Shown: positions 29,923 through 39,371, counted from the stretch's first letter. The stretch is 64,000 nucleotides of DNA from Oscillibacter sp. (GCA_022791875.1 JAAVZX010000042.1:42911-106910); one strand, 5' to 3'. Numbers and translations are program-made. The notes: generated by a model from the sequence alone, not told the origin.

Positions 29923-31053
29923 TCATCCAATCACTTCAATTGAAAATTGCTCCCAGGTACTTGCGGCTCGAGCACCTGCCTTTACCGGATGTGAGCTTTC
30001 ATTTACAATGACCTGCACCCACTTTCCATTTGCTTGAGATTGAATATATTGTATACCATCTTTTTCATAAATACGAAAACTTTCCCAAGACTGAGGCTCA
30101 GTATAATTTTGACCATAAGCCGCTCTGACAGGCGCCGATGTTGAATTCAAATCAATTCGAGAACTCAAATAGTTGCCGTTGGCGTGAGACTTAAATCCTA
30201 TACCACCATATTTGTTAGCGATTACATCAAAATATTCCCAAGTTGATGCAGTATTACGGTTTGCAACCGCATCAACAGTATCCACATTCTGATCGGTATC
30301 AGAAGAGACATATTGTCCAACTTCAATAGATTTAATGGCGACTTTAATGGCGTCTTTTTTACCAATATAACGGCTGGTTACATCAGTAAGACCGGCTGTA
30401 TCCGTCATATGCACAATATAATATGTACATGAAGTAGTACAACTATATCCATGGTCAACTGCGGCATCCCAAAGTGGGTGCATCCATCTGTTGTTGGTAT
30501 GCCCTGCATAGCATGGAACACCAGATGAATTATAGCCTACGATCACAGCAGCATGTTGTATGCCTGAACCAAAGTCGAAGAAAACAACATCTCCTACACT
30601 GATTTTCACATTCCCGGATACCCAAACGCTTGCTTCGTTTTTCTCACGATTAATAGAGTATCCACAAGAAAAGCTGCTTGAATTATAGCCTTTCTCTTGA
30701 GTCAGGTAGTAAAAAAGATCTGCGGGAACAGTCCACGGATGGCAGTATGGTTTACCTTTACTATCTGCTGCAAAATATCCCTCCTGAGGTATTCCACCAG
30801 CAACAGAAATACATTGAGATACAAAATTTGTACAATCTTTGTCATAAAATCGATAAGAAGGATTATGGTCGCCCTCATAATCAGTATATTCGTCCGCATA
30901 GCCAATCATATCATGTATTTTATATACATTTTCATATACTGCATTATTGGCAGAAGCCGAGGGCATAAGGCATGGTACTACCAGCGTAAAAATTAGGCTC
31001 ACGCTTAAAAGCCAACCCGCAAATCTCGTCAGTAAATTTTTCCTATTCACCAT
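29923..31053 (-). CDS. Secreted amidase (Amidase_6-like) with C-terminal fascin-like beta-trefoil
   Basis: Signal peptide; NPSY..DCTNFVSQC, GDVVFFD, QHAAVI, YAGHT; three WE.F repeats; AAGGAGG RBS. Confidence 0.8.
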   Translation of the reverse strand: MVNRKNLLTRFAGWLLSVSLIFTLVVPCLMPSASANNAVYENVYKIHDMIGYADEYTDYEGDHNPSYRFYDKDCTNFVSQCISVAGGIPQEGYFAADSKGKPYCHPWTVPADLFYYLTQEKGYNSSSFSCGYSINREKNEASVWVSGNVKISVGDVVFFDFGSGIQHAAVIVGYNSSGVPCYAGHTNNRWMHPLWDAAVDHGYSCTTSCTYYIVHMTDTAGLTDVTSRYIGKKDAIKVAIKSIEVGQYVSSDTDQNVDTVDAVANRNTASTWEYFDVIANKYGGIGFKSHANGNYLSSRIDLNSTSAPVRAAYGQNYTEPQSWESFRIYEKDGIQYIQSQANGKWVQVIVNESSHPVKAGARAASTWEQFSIEVIG

Positions 31054-31357
31054 TTTGAATCCTCCTTCCAATGTAGATGGTACACAAGCGAAACATGATT
31101 ATTCTTGATACTGCCCAATTAGATTACTTTATTTGTATAATCGACACAATCCTCTATAACATTAATAGCAATATGAACTGCTACCCGTCAAGAGGCCCAA
31201 ATTGCGCTGGACGCGACGAGTATTGTAGTATCAGATGTAATTTTCACTCATCTGAGTAAGTGCCTCTAGTTAAAAATTCCCCTATGATTCCTTTTCCCGT
31301 AAGGGGCGGGCTCACGAAAAAGAATTGGGACGTAAACTAAGGATTGGAAGTATGGCG

Positions 31358-31530
31358 AGTCATTTCATAGCATTTTCCAATTTATAAATTTCGGATTTTA
31401 CAGAATCTATGTTGCGACTAATATAAGTTAAGCCTTCTATAATTTCTTCTCTACTTTTTTTCATATAAATAATAAAATACAACTGCAAAACAATTATAAT
31501 AATCAGTAAAAAAGCAATTATTTTTTTCAT
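31358..31530 (-). pseudogene. Frameshifted membrane-anchored protein remnant
   Basis: AGGAG RBS, MKKIIAFLLIIIIVFAVVFYYLYEKK*, continuing SREEIIEGLTYISRN in another frame across an A7 run. Confidence 0.45.
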
Positions 31531-31725
31531 AGATACTCCTTTTAAATATAAAACTTCTAATTTTCTTTTGTGTTTCTACATCCTATAACCCCATAGGAAT
31601 AACCAGCGTTAAACCCTGCTGAGAACCTAAGTTGAATTGGGACAAAAACAGCAGTATAGTTTCGAAAGCAATTTCTACATCTACACTGCTGTTTTTTCAA
31701 TCATGTCAAGCCGCAATTTATTACT

Positions 31726-32589
31726 TTAAAAGTAAAATTTCACACGACAATCATCTAATCGTTTATGACCATAAATAAAATTGATAGATGCAGTTGAACC
31801 AGGAATTCCAACCGCAAATGCAGGTGTAACCCCAAAGGTTGCATGTCCGTACTCTACATAACAGCTAAAATCATGTTGTGAGAAGCAGGCAGATTGAATA
31901 TCAAACAACCCACTCCCCATTTTTGCATAATATTGATTAGAGGTCATTCTTACAGAAAAACTATGACCGGCCCCCTCAGTTTCTTCTTCGCCCTCTGGCA
32001 TAATAAGAGAAGCGACTCCATAACCATGAAGCTCTGTTCGATCGGCTGTATTGTAGTATGAAATGTGGGAATTTTCAGCAATAATTTCCCAATCGTTCCA
32101 GGAAAATGCCACTAGATCAGTATTTTTTACAGCGGGAACTCCAGACCAGCTCCAATTATATGAAAGTCTTCCTTTTGTACGATTACCATCAAACCTAAAA
32201 TCATAAGCGGTAGCATGAAGCTGAACTGTTGCACCAACAGCTTGGAGTTCACTTTCACTTCCTGTGAAATTTCTGATAATTTCAATTTGTTTATCAGTAT
32301 ATCCACAATCAGTAAGAGTCTCATCATCCAAAGTATTTAGGTTCTTGATATGTTCACTATAAAATTTATCAACATTTTGAAGGATTTCTATTTCCTCAGA
32401 TGTTACATATCCTGAACTCATTTGGGGAAGATGGCTTGCAGCTTCTTTCAAAGCATCGTATTCGTTGATTATTACGGACTGTAAGTTTTCTCGTGTTACG
32501 AGTTCATCTTCAAATTCTACTGCGAATGCAGAAATAGATAACGAAAACGTTACGAGCAAAGAAAGAATAAAAGAAATAAATTTTTTCAT
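31726..32589 (-). CDS. Secreted hypothetical protein, AT-rich
   Basis: Signal peptide ending AFA; acidic helical N-half, beta-rich C-half (YNWSWSGVP..DLVAFSWN..YGH). Confidence 0.8.
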   Translation of the reverse strand: MKKFISFILSLLVTFSLSISAFAVEFEDELVTRENLQSVIINEYDALKEAASHLPQMSSGYVTSEEIEILQNVDKFYSEHIKNLNTLDDETLTDCGYTDKQIEIIRNFTGSESELQAVGATVQLHATAYDFRFDGNRTKGRLSYNWSWSGVPAVKNTDLVAFSWNDWEIIAENSHISYYNTADRTELHGYGVASLIMPEGEEETEGAGHSFSVRMTSNQYYAKMGSGLFDIQSACFSQHDFSCYVEYGHATFGVTPAFAVGIPGSTASINFIYGHKRLDDCRVKFYF

Positions 32590-32644
32590 AATTTTACCTC
32601 ACATAACTAATGATTTCAAAATAATAAAAGGTGTGCTAGTTATT

Positions 32645-32780
32645 CTGCATTGGACTGCTCCTTTCGTGCCCCCGGAGGTGCGGGCTCACCGGCTTCGTGT
32701 TCCTTCTGTATTATTAGACAGATTTTACCACGAAAGTGCAACACCCTATTGCCCAAAAAAAGGATGCCTTTCGGCATCCC
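32645..32780 (-). repeat. Copy 2 of the terminator/promoter/RBS cassette, directly after the sigma gene stop
   Basis: GGGATGCC-GAAA-GGCATCC-T-run; TGTTGCA(32743-32737)-N17-GTCTAAT; AAAGGAG-N7-ATG. Confidence 0.9.
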
Positions 32781-33344
32781 TTATTTTTCGGTATCCAATT
32801 CCTCTTCCAACAAAGCATAAGCATTCTTTCTGGCACGAGAGAGAATCATACGGAAACTGCTGGGCTTGATTCCCAGTTCCTTGGACAGCTCTAAAGGAGT
32901 CTTTTCATAGATGTAACGGCCTTCTAACACCCACCGGCTCCGGGCATCCAGTTTGGGCCAGATACGAACCAGGACCGCTAAATCTTCCTCACTTGTTAAG
33001 TGATGCTCTATAGCCTGCCTGTTATGCTCTGTATCCTCGCCGTCCCAGCTTTCGTCAAACTGTACGCTTGGATGGCGCTGCTGGTCGCGCAGGTAAGTTA
33101 TGGAGCGATTCCTACAGGCCGTGATAATGTAGTTTACCAAATGATCGCGGTCCTTGGTACGAAGCTCCTGCACCTTATTGATTAAGCTCTCCAGCGTCGC
33201 CTGCATCAAATCCTCCGCAGCCCATGAATCATGGACGATTTGAAAAATCTTCTGATACATGAGACGGCGGTATTGTAAGTAGAGTTCTGTCATGAAAGCC
33301 CGGTCGCTTTCATCTTCGATGGCTAAAATACAATATGGTATCAT
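32781..33344 (-). CDS. ECF-type sigma-70 factor
   Basis: AEDLMQ region 2, ACRNRSITYLR, region 4 HTH ELGIKPSSFRMILSRARK. Confidence 0.9.
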   Translation of the reverse strand: MIPYCILAIEDESDRAFMTELYLQYRRLMYQKIFQIVHDSWAAEDLMQATLESLINKVQELRTKDRDHLVNYIITACRNRSITYLRDQQRHPSVQFDESWDGEDTEHNRQAIEHHLTSEEDLAVLVRIWPKLDARSRWVLEGRYIYEKTPLELSKELGIKPSSFRMILSRARKNAYALLEEELDTEK

Positions 33345-33715
33345 TTTTCTTTTTTGTTATACTGACCAATCATCGTACTGAGCTGCATATCCTTGAGGAC
33401 AATATTCAACGCCTGCTTCCGCTCCGGCGAGATGTTCCTGATATCATTTATCAAGGCTCCCGCCGTCCGGCCTTCCATAATCACTGAATCAAGCACGTCC
33501 GGCGACAGCCGGGAAGAACAGCGCCCAAGCAGGTAGTCGGTGGTTACGTCGAAAAAGTCCGCCAGATTGAGCAGCTTATCAATGTCAGGCAGGTGAACGC
33601 CGTTTTCGTAGTTAGAAATTGTTCCGCTGGTCACATACAGGATTTTAGCTAAATCTTCCTGGGTCATCTTTCGATCCTGCCGGAGTTCAGCCAGAAGTTC
33701 GCCAAACTGAGCCAT
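33341..33715 (-). CDS. XRE-family HTH regulator
   Basis: LRQDRKMTQEDLA..ISNYENG..P..LADFFDVTTDYLLG. Confidence 0.92.
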   Translation of the reverse strand: MAQFGELLAELRQDRKMTQEDLAKILYVTSGTISNYENGVHLPDIDKLLNLADFFDVTTDYLLGRCSSRLSPDVLDSVIMEGRTAGALINDIRNISPERKQALNIVLKDMQLSTMIGQYNKKEK

Positions 33716-33886
33716 TGCAATCACTCCGCTTCTATGATATGCTAATATTATATATTTCCCAGAATCAGACTTTCTTTATTTGTAGGTTTGCCATATAATT
33801 ATAGAGCTATAATGATTTTTTATTAGTTAAACTAAAGTTTCACTTTGGGTTCAGCGTACCACACGAGGGCGTTTTGACCAAATGCC

Positions 33887-33927
33887 TGTTGCAAAATCTG
33901 ATGTTTGGAGTCTACTAGAATAGTAGA
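33887..33927 (+). promoter_or_regulatory. Putative autoregulatory ECF promoter with an inverted repeat over the -10
   Basis: TGTTGCA-N16-GTCTACT; TCTACTA-GAA-TAGTAGA. Confidence 0.6.
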
Positions 33928-33947
33928 GCATCATAGGGGGAGTGATC

Positions 33948-34520
33948 ATGCTGAATATCATTGGCACGATATCTGCAAACCCTAATCCCAGCGATAGAGC
34001 CTTTATCATGGAAATATACCAACAGTTTTACCGCCTGATGTTTTCTACGGTGCGGAAATACTGTATGGATTCTGATGTGTGTGAGGAGGTGGTTCAGGAG
34101 AGCCTATTGAAATTGATCAAGAAAGCGAAGACACTGAGAAGTATGCAGCAGTCTGTTTTAGCCTCCTACATTGTCTCTACTACCAGGAATACCGCTATCG
34201 ACTATTTGAAGTCGAGAGATAAGCGGAATGCCCATAACAGCAGCCTGGAAGATGAAGCGTTTTCCGATTTGGAGGCCCCTAACATACCGTTGGACGAGTT
34301 AATGTACTTAGTTGAGCGCAAAGAGCGCCTTGCCAAAGTGTTTGATCTGCTTTCTGCGGGAGATCGACAGCTTCTGGAAGGAAAATACTTCTTTGATTAC
34401 TCAGATAGCGATTTGGCTAGAATGCTTGGCTGTAAGAAAAGCAGCATCCGCATGAAACTGACCCGTGCCCGACGGCGTGTTCTCAAATTGGTTGAGAAGG
34501 AAGGGGATGATATAAAATGA
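33948..34520 (+). CDS. ECF-type sigma-70 factor
   Basis: EEVVQE, RNTAIDYLK, LARMLGCKKSSIRMKLTRARR. Confidence 0.9.
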   Translation: MLNIIGTISANPNPSDRAFIMEIYQQFYRLMFSTVRKYCMDSDVCEEVVQESLLKLIKKAKTLRSMQQSVLASYIVSTTRNTAIDYLKSRDKRNAHNSSLEDEAFSDLEAPNIPLDELMYLVERKERLAKVFDLLSAGDRQLLEGKYFFDYSDSDLARMLGCKKSSIRMKLTRARRRVLKLVEKEGDDIK

Positions 34521-35278
34521 CAAGACGTGAACAGTTACAGGAGCAATATGAAGACGCTCTGTTTGCCTTGCTGATGGACGAGCTTGCCAGGTCTGAAGGC
34601 GAGAAGCTCTTGGAGGAAAATGAACGTTTGATAAAAGATCCGGACGCAGATATTCCGGATGATGTTATAAAACGCTGCTGCAAGGTTATCAACCGGGAAT
34701 TTTCCAAGAAAAATGCAGTTGCAGCCTATAAAGTATCTGTGCGGGTGTTTAATAAAATTGCGGTCTTTGTGTTTATTGCCATCCTTCTCTTTACCACTGC
34801 ATTCGCCGCATCTGAAAATTTACGGGTAAATACGCTGAATCTTGTGATTGAGGTATTCGAGCGAAATACAGATTACAGGGTCAATCCAACGCCGCAACTG
34901 TCGGAAAGCGATTTAAGTTTTGAAGTTGGATGGAAACCAGACGGTTTTATATTGGTGAAATGTAATAGCACCCAGTATGGCGACTGGGCAACGTATCAAG
35001 GACCTGATAATAGCCTTTTAGGTATAAATTTGGCGACTATTACTAAAAGCGGAGTTATCAGCGTTGATACGGAAAATGCCACGCTCGAAGAAATAACAAT
35101 AAATGGAATCGAAGCTACGCTGATTATAAAAGAAGACCATTATCAGGTTGTTATGTTATTACCTGAAAAGAGTCAAATGCTTCTGGTTGGTCTTTCATGG
35201 ATTACATCTAAGTACCCCACTCCCATGTATACAAAAGATGAGTTTTTGCGGATTGTTGAAAATATTATCTTATACTAA
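34517..35278 (+). CDS. Putative anti-sigma factor (one TM helix, extracellular DUF4367-like domain)
   Basis: ATGA-coupled to sigma; TM helix; WKPDGF, VDTEN..ITINGIEA, EFLRIVEN. Confidence 0.8.
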   Translation: MTRREQLQEQYEDALFALLMDELARSEGEKLLEENERLIKDPDADIPDDVIKRCCKVINREFSKKNAVAAYKVSVRVFNKIAVFVFIAILLFTTAFAASENLRVNTLNLVIEVFERNTDYRVNPTPQLSESDLSFEVGWKPDGFILVKCNSTQYGDWATYQGPDNSLLGINLATITKSGVISVDTENATLEEITINGIEATLIIKEDHYQVVMLLPEKSQMLLVGLSWITSKYPTPMYTKDEFLRIVENIILY

Positions 35279-35299
35279 TCAATAAAAAGGAGTATAAAT

Positions 35300-35707
35300 A
35301 TGCGAATGTTAAAAAAATGCTTTGCTTTATTGCTGGTAGTAGCTGTATTTACCGTGATGACAGTAAATGCGGTGGATTTTAGTGAGGCGGAAAATGTTCA
35401 GCCTAGATATACTGGTATTTTCGATTCTCGTACTTCGTTAGATATTTCATCTTTTGGCAAAGCCAATGTGTATGGATATGTACATGCTCTTTCAGGTTAT
35501 ACAGTCGATGTGACCGTTTCGCTTATAAAAGATGAAACATCGATAAAATCTTGGAGCGATTCTGGAAATGGGGGAGTTGAAATTTCCAAAAACTATTATG
35601 TGACATCTGGACATAGTTACTACACTTCCCTTTATGTTGAAGTCTATAACAGCAGCAACAAACTGGTAGATTCGTTTACAATTTATTCAGATGCTGTAAA
35701 CTACTGA
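35300..35707 (+). CDS. Small secreted protein
   Basis: AAGGAG RBS; signal peptide; short acidic spacer then VQPRY; beta-rich body. Confidence 0.85.
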   Translation: MRMLKKCFALLLVVAVFTVMTVNAVDFSEAENVQPRYTGIFDSRTSLDISSFGKANVYGYVHALSGYTVDVTVSLIKDETSIKSWSDSGNGGVEISKNYYVTSGHSYYTSLYVEVYNSSNKLVDSFTIYSDAVNY

Positions 35708-35781
35708 TACCGGTTTTTTTATATTTCAAGCATAACCCTTCAAGACAATCCATAAAATCTCATTTTTAATAAGCAAAGAAG

Positions 35782-35826
35782 AGACGCCTCCACCCCGCGA
35801 TAACGGGGTGGAGGCGTCTTTTTTTA
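35782..35826 (+). terminator. Intrinsic terminator
   Basis: 16-bp stem AGACGCCTCCACCCCG / CGGGGTGGAGGCGTCT then T-run. Confidence 0.85.
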
Positions 35827-36124
35827 TATAGTTGGCCCATTTCCTATCTCCTCGTTGTAGTTTCTGGGGGATATTGGAAATATAAACAAAAAACAAATCG
35901 ATATTTTCAATCACTTCCTTACTGCGGCCAAGCAGTGATTAAAAGATTTGAACTTATCTTTGTTCAATCCTCTGGAAATTTGAATTTTTCTATTTTCGGA
36001 GGTAGTACAGTGAGAAAACACAGCTCGTGGAAAACTTTGCCAAAAAATTATTTCAAGTGTTCTTTACCTGAACACTCGAAGGTTTATGCTTGCCCCAAAG
36101 AGCAGCGGAAGGGGGTGTAGGCAT

Positions 36125-36457
36125 ATGGGTCCCGCAGAACGGCGTCAGGCGCTGCTGGAGGTTCTGTGTATCAGAAGAAATGATACATATGACAATCTGG
36201 CCCGCGAATTTGGCGTTTCCAAAATGACAATTCGCCGGGATGTTGCGGTGCTCATGTGCGCTTACCCAATTGAAACAGTCCATGGAGGCCGGCATGGCTG
36301 TGTCAGGGTGGCAGAAGGATATTACCTCAATCATAAATGCTCTGCCCGCAAATCGCTCACACCCAAGCAAACCAAGCTTCTCATAAAAGTGAGAAAGCAG
36401 CTCACTGGGGAAGATCTTGATACGATGAACAGCATCCTCGTCCAGTTTGCTCCCTGA
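36125..36457 (+). CDS. Small DeoR/HTH_11-type HTH protein
   Basis: ERRQALL..LAREFGVSKMTIRRDV. Confidence 0.8.
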   Translation: MGPAERRQALLEVLCIRRNDTYDNLAREFGVSKMTIRRDVAVLMCAYPIETVHGGRHGCVRVAEGYYLNHKCSARKSLTPKQTKLLIKVRKQLTGEDLDTMNSILVQFAP

Positions 36458-36690
36458 ACTGCAAATTCCTGTTTAAACTCGTTATGTAAAGTGCTGCGCT
36501 CTATATTAGCCTCTCAATCGCAAAGACTGCCTGTGGACTGAGTGCGAATGAAAGCAGGCGGGACTATATTCTCGCGTATTGTCCGCCATTTCAAAAAAAG
36601 TAATACTGTTCAAAGCAATCATAGGGACTATATTGGCTGCCTTTATTGTTTGAAAACCTTGAATCATTGTTTAGAAAGGATCTTGGACAT

Positions 36691-37179
36691 ATGAATGTTG
36701 AAATGAAAGAACATATTCTTGGCCTGCTGGAGAACTACTCCAAACGTGAACAACAGATCAGCCTTCTGCACTACGAGATAAAGCACAGCGCCCGCATTTC
36801 ACCAAAAGAGATAATCGACAGTATGGCTCTAGGCCACGGCGATGGCACAGGCGGCAGCGGCAAAGGCCACATCTCCGACAAGACCATGTACATTGCTCTG
36901 AACTATCAGGAGAGGATGGAGCGCATAAACGCGGAGTCCGCCAACGAAATCGCCCAACGTCTCCTGGAGCTGGAGGGGGAGCAGAACCGCCTGCGCTATT
37001 ACGTTTCCCTTCTGGAGAAGCAAGAGGCGAATGTGATTCGCTCTTTCTACATCGAAGGTGTTTCCTGGGAAGAGATTGCTCAGAAGATTGGCGTTGCGCT
37101 GCGAACGGTTCATAAGATTAAGAATCGGGCTGTTGGCCATCTTGCGGAGCTGTATGCTTACAAAGCTGGCCTCAACTGA
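36691..37179 (+). CDS. Sigma-70 region 4-like regulator (ArpU/RinA-like)
   Basis: VIRSFYIEGVSWEEIAQKIGVALRTV. Confidence 0.75.
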   Translation: MNVEMKEHILGLLENYSKREQQISLLHYEIKHSARISPKEIIDSMALGHGDGTGGSGKGHISDKTMYIALNYQERMERINAESANEIAQRLLELEGEQNRLRYYVSLLEKQEANVIRSFYIEGVSWEEIAQKIGVALRTVHKIKNRAVGHLAELYAYKAGLN

Positions 37180-37181
37180 AG

Positions 37182-37207
37182 GGGCACAGTAAGGGCACAG
37201 TAAGGGC
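37182..37207 (+). repeat. 11-bp tandem repeat upstream of the excisionase
   Basis: GGGCACAGTAA twice plus GGGC. Confidence 0.7.
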
Positions 37208-37363
37208 CGAAATATGCACAGCTTTTTCACTTGATTGGGGCTTGAAAGGGCATATGCTCCTGTGTTATGATTAAGCTGTCAAAAAAGAGATGCTCCCCGG
37301 ACCGCTCCTGGTCCTGGGAGTATCTTTTATTCTGGCAATTTTCATCTGAAGGGAAGCGTTCCT

Positions 37364-37597
37364 ATGATACGCACCAGAACCATCCGGGAAGCGGCGGCCT
37401 ACTTTCAGGAAGCCGACCCTCATACCTGCCTGACAGAGACGGCCATCCGCACGCTGCTGCGCACAGGAGCCGTTCCCAGCGCCCGCGTGGGCCGGAAGTA
37501 CCTTGTCACTATTGAGGCCCTGGAAGCCTACCTGAACGGCTCTGCGGCCCCGGAGAAACCCGTTAAGACCCAGGCCCGGAAGTGGCAGATCAAGTGA
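37364..37597 (+). CDS. Excisionase-family DNA-binding protein
   Basis: TIREAA..IRTLLRTGAVPSARVGRKYLV; upstream of integrase. Confidence 0.8.
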   Translation: MIRTRTIREAAAYFQEADPHTCLTETAIRTLLRTGAVPSARVGRKYLVTIEALEAYLNGSAAPEKPVKTQARKWQIK

Positions 37598-37709
37598 GCG
37601 GCACCGTTTTAACGGCGTAGGGAAATAAAATAAATCCTTGAAGATACCTTGTTGTTGCGGTATAATGAAGATACTGTATCGCAAGGCATTATTGAAAGGG
37701 GAATGCCTT

Positions 37710-38783
37710 ATGGCAACAAAAGCGGCAAAAGGAGCGAAAAAGTACAAGTACCTTACCAAAGCAGTCCAGATGCCCGACGGCAGCCGGAAATATTTCCGCG
37801 CCAAGACTCAGGCGGAGTTGGATGAAAAGGTCATGAAGGCGCAGATTCTCGTCAACGCTGGTGTGGACATTTGCAGTGAGGAAACCTTCGGACACTTCGC
37901 GCAGATGTGGTATGACCTCTACAAGAAGCCCTACCTCCGGGAAAACAGCCTGATTGCTATTCGCTACGCGCTGAACCAGTACATTCTTCCCGCAATCGGC
38001 GGCTGCCGTCTTCGGGACATCACGCCGATGCAGATCCAGGCAATTATGGCTGGCCTTTCCGACAAGAGCAGCTCCGTGCAGTCCAAGGTCCTGATCAATC
38101 TCCGGAACATCTTTAACACCGCTCAGGAAAACGGCCTGGTGGCAAAGTCTCCGGTGAGCAATATGCTGAAGCCCGGAGGCCGGAAGACACAGGAAAAGGA
38201 AGCCCTGACGGTTCAGGAAAGCAAGCAGCTTCTGGAGCGAGTCAAGAACACCCGGGCGAAGACCTTCCTTCTGACAGCCCTCCATACGGGGATGCGGCGC
38301 GGGGAGATTGTGGGACTCCAGTGGGAGGACATCGACTTTGAAGCGAAGGTCATTCACATTCAGCACAATGCATTCATCGGCCAGCATGAAACGACCGTCA
38401 GCGAGGATATGAAGACGAAAGCCGGGAAAAGGGATGTTCCTCTGTCGGAGGAGTTGGAGCTCTGGTTGGCGGCGCGGAAAAAGACCTCCCACTCTAAATA
38501 TGTCATCGCTATGGAAAATCACCAGCCGTTGTCGAAATCTTCATACCGAAGTATGTGGAAGCTGATTGAGCGGGAGCTGCCGGACACCCACGTAACGGCC
38601 CACATTTTGCGTCATACCTATATCACACGTCTATTCGAGTCTGGTCTGGACATCAAGGAGATTCAGTATCTGGCCGGACACAGCACGGTGGATATGACGC
38701 TGCGGGTCTACACCCATTACGACCGGCTTTCGCGGAACGCAAAGACCGCCGAGAAGGTGCGGGAAGCCTTGCGGATGGCTTAA
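37710..38783 (+). CDS. Tyrosine recombinase / integrase
   Basis: TGMRRGE, KTKAG, HILRH, AGH, VYTH catalytic set. Confidence 0.95.
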   Translation: MATKAAKGAKKYKYLTKAVQMPDGSRKYFRAKTQAELDEKVMKAQILVNAGVDICSEETFGHFAQMWYDLYKKPYLRENSLIAIRYALNQYILPAIGGCRLRDITPMQIQAIMAGLSDKSSSVQSKVLINLRNIFNTAQENGLVAKSPVSNMLKPGGRKTQEKEALTVQESKQLLERVKNTRAKTFLLTALHTGMRRGEIVGLQWEDIDFEAKVIHIQHNAFIGQHETTVSEDMKTKAGKRDVPLSEELELWLAARKKTSHSKYVIAMENHQPLSKSSYRSMWKLIERELPDTHVTAHILRHTYITRLFESGLDIKEIQYLAGHSTVDMTLRVYTHYDRLSRNAKTAEKVREALRMA

Positions 38784-38867
38784 GGGCTGCGCAAGGGCAG
38801 AAACCGGCGGCGAACTATGAAAAGTCCGCCTGTGCTTAGGGCGGCAATGGATAGAGCGGTCAGAAAA

Positions 38868-39001
38868 ATTTGCAACAGATTTGCAACAAGAACGCCGGGA
38901 ATCGCCTGAAAATACCCCAAATTACGGGAAATCCAAGGGGTGAAAACTTCCAGCAAACGGAAAGAAAAAATCCCTCAAAGCCTTACGGCTCTAAGGGATT
39001 T
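38868..39001. other. att-proximal region with candidate integrase arm sites and an inverted repeat
   Basis: ATTTGCAACA at 38868 and 38879; AAATCCCT..AGGGATTT 38968-39001 next to the tRNA 3' end. Confidence 0.55.
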
Positions 39002-39004
39002 GGA

Positions 39005-39081
39005 TGGTGGAGACTACTGGACTCGAACCAGTGGCCTCATGCGTGTGAAGCATGCGCTCTAACCAGCTGAGCTAAGCCTCC
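39005..39081 (-). tRNA. tRNA-Val(CAC)
   Basis: GGAGGCTTAGCTCAG..CATGC-TTCACAC-GCATG..GGTTCGAGTCC..CCA. Confidence 0.95.
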
Positions 39082-39137
39082 ATCGCGATGCTGTTTGCGG
39101 TCCCACAAGACGCCGTTTTGCGCGGCGTCTTATGGGA

Positions 39138-39212
39138 TGGTGACCCGTACGGGATTCGAACCCATGTTACAGCCGTGAAAGGGCCGTGTCTTAACCACTT
39201 GACCAACGGGCC
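39138..39212 (-). tRNA. tRNA-Glu(TTC)
   Basis: GGCCCGTTGGTCAAG..CGGCC-CTTTCAC-GGCTG..GGTTCGAATCC..CCA. Confidence 0.95.
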
Positions 39213-39265
39213 GGAGAAAGGGGGGGAGAATTTCATAAAGCGCCTTCCGGCGCCCTATGAAATTC

Positions 39266-39342
39266 TGGTAGCGGCACCTGGATTTGAACCGGGGACACTG
39301 CGGGTATGAACCGCATGCTCTAGCCAACTGAGCTATGCCGCC
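39266..39342 (-). tRNA. tRNA-Met(CAT), elongator type
   Basis: GGCGGCATAGCTCAG..GCGG-TTCATAC-CCGC..GGTTCAAATCC..CCA. Confidence 0.9.
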
Positions 39343-39371
39343 ATGCTGCCCGCTTCCCGCGGGCAAGGTTT

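Larger units (their letters stand above)
1..39050. mobile_element. Integrative element / genomic island inserted at the 3' end of tRNA-Val(CAC); left boundary outside the window
   Basis: Excisionase plus tyrosine integrase ending ~220 bp from the tRNA 3' end; plasmid/ICE-type genes, IS debris and mosaic GC to the left, metabolic genes to the right. No second att copy seen. Confidence 0.85.

Noticed and set aside
38868-38888. TGTTGCA on the minus strand as further ECF promoters
   Set aside because: No GTCTA at 16-17 bp spacing; better read as integrase arm sites
38870-39366. Short ORFs overlapping the att region and tRNAs
   Set aside because: Spurious translations of tRNA genes
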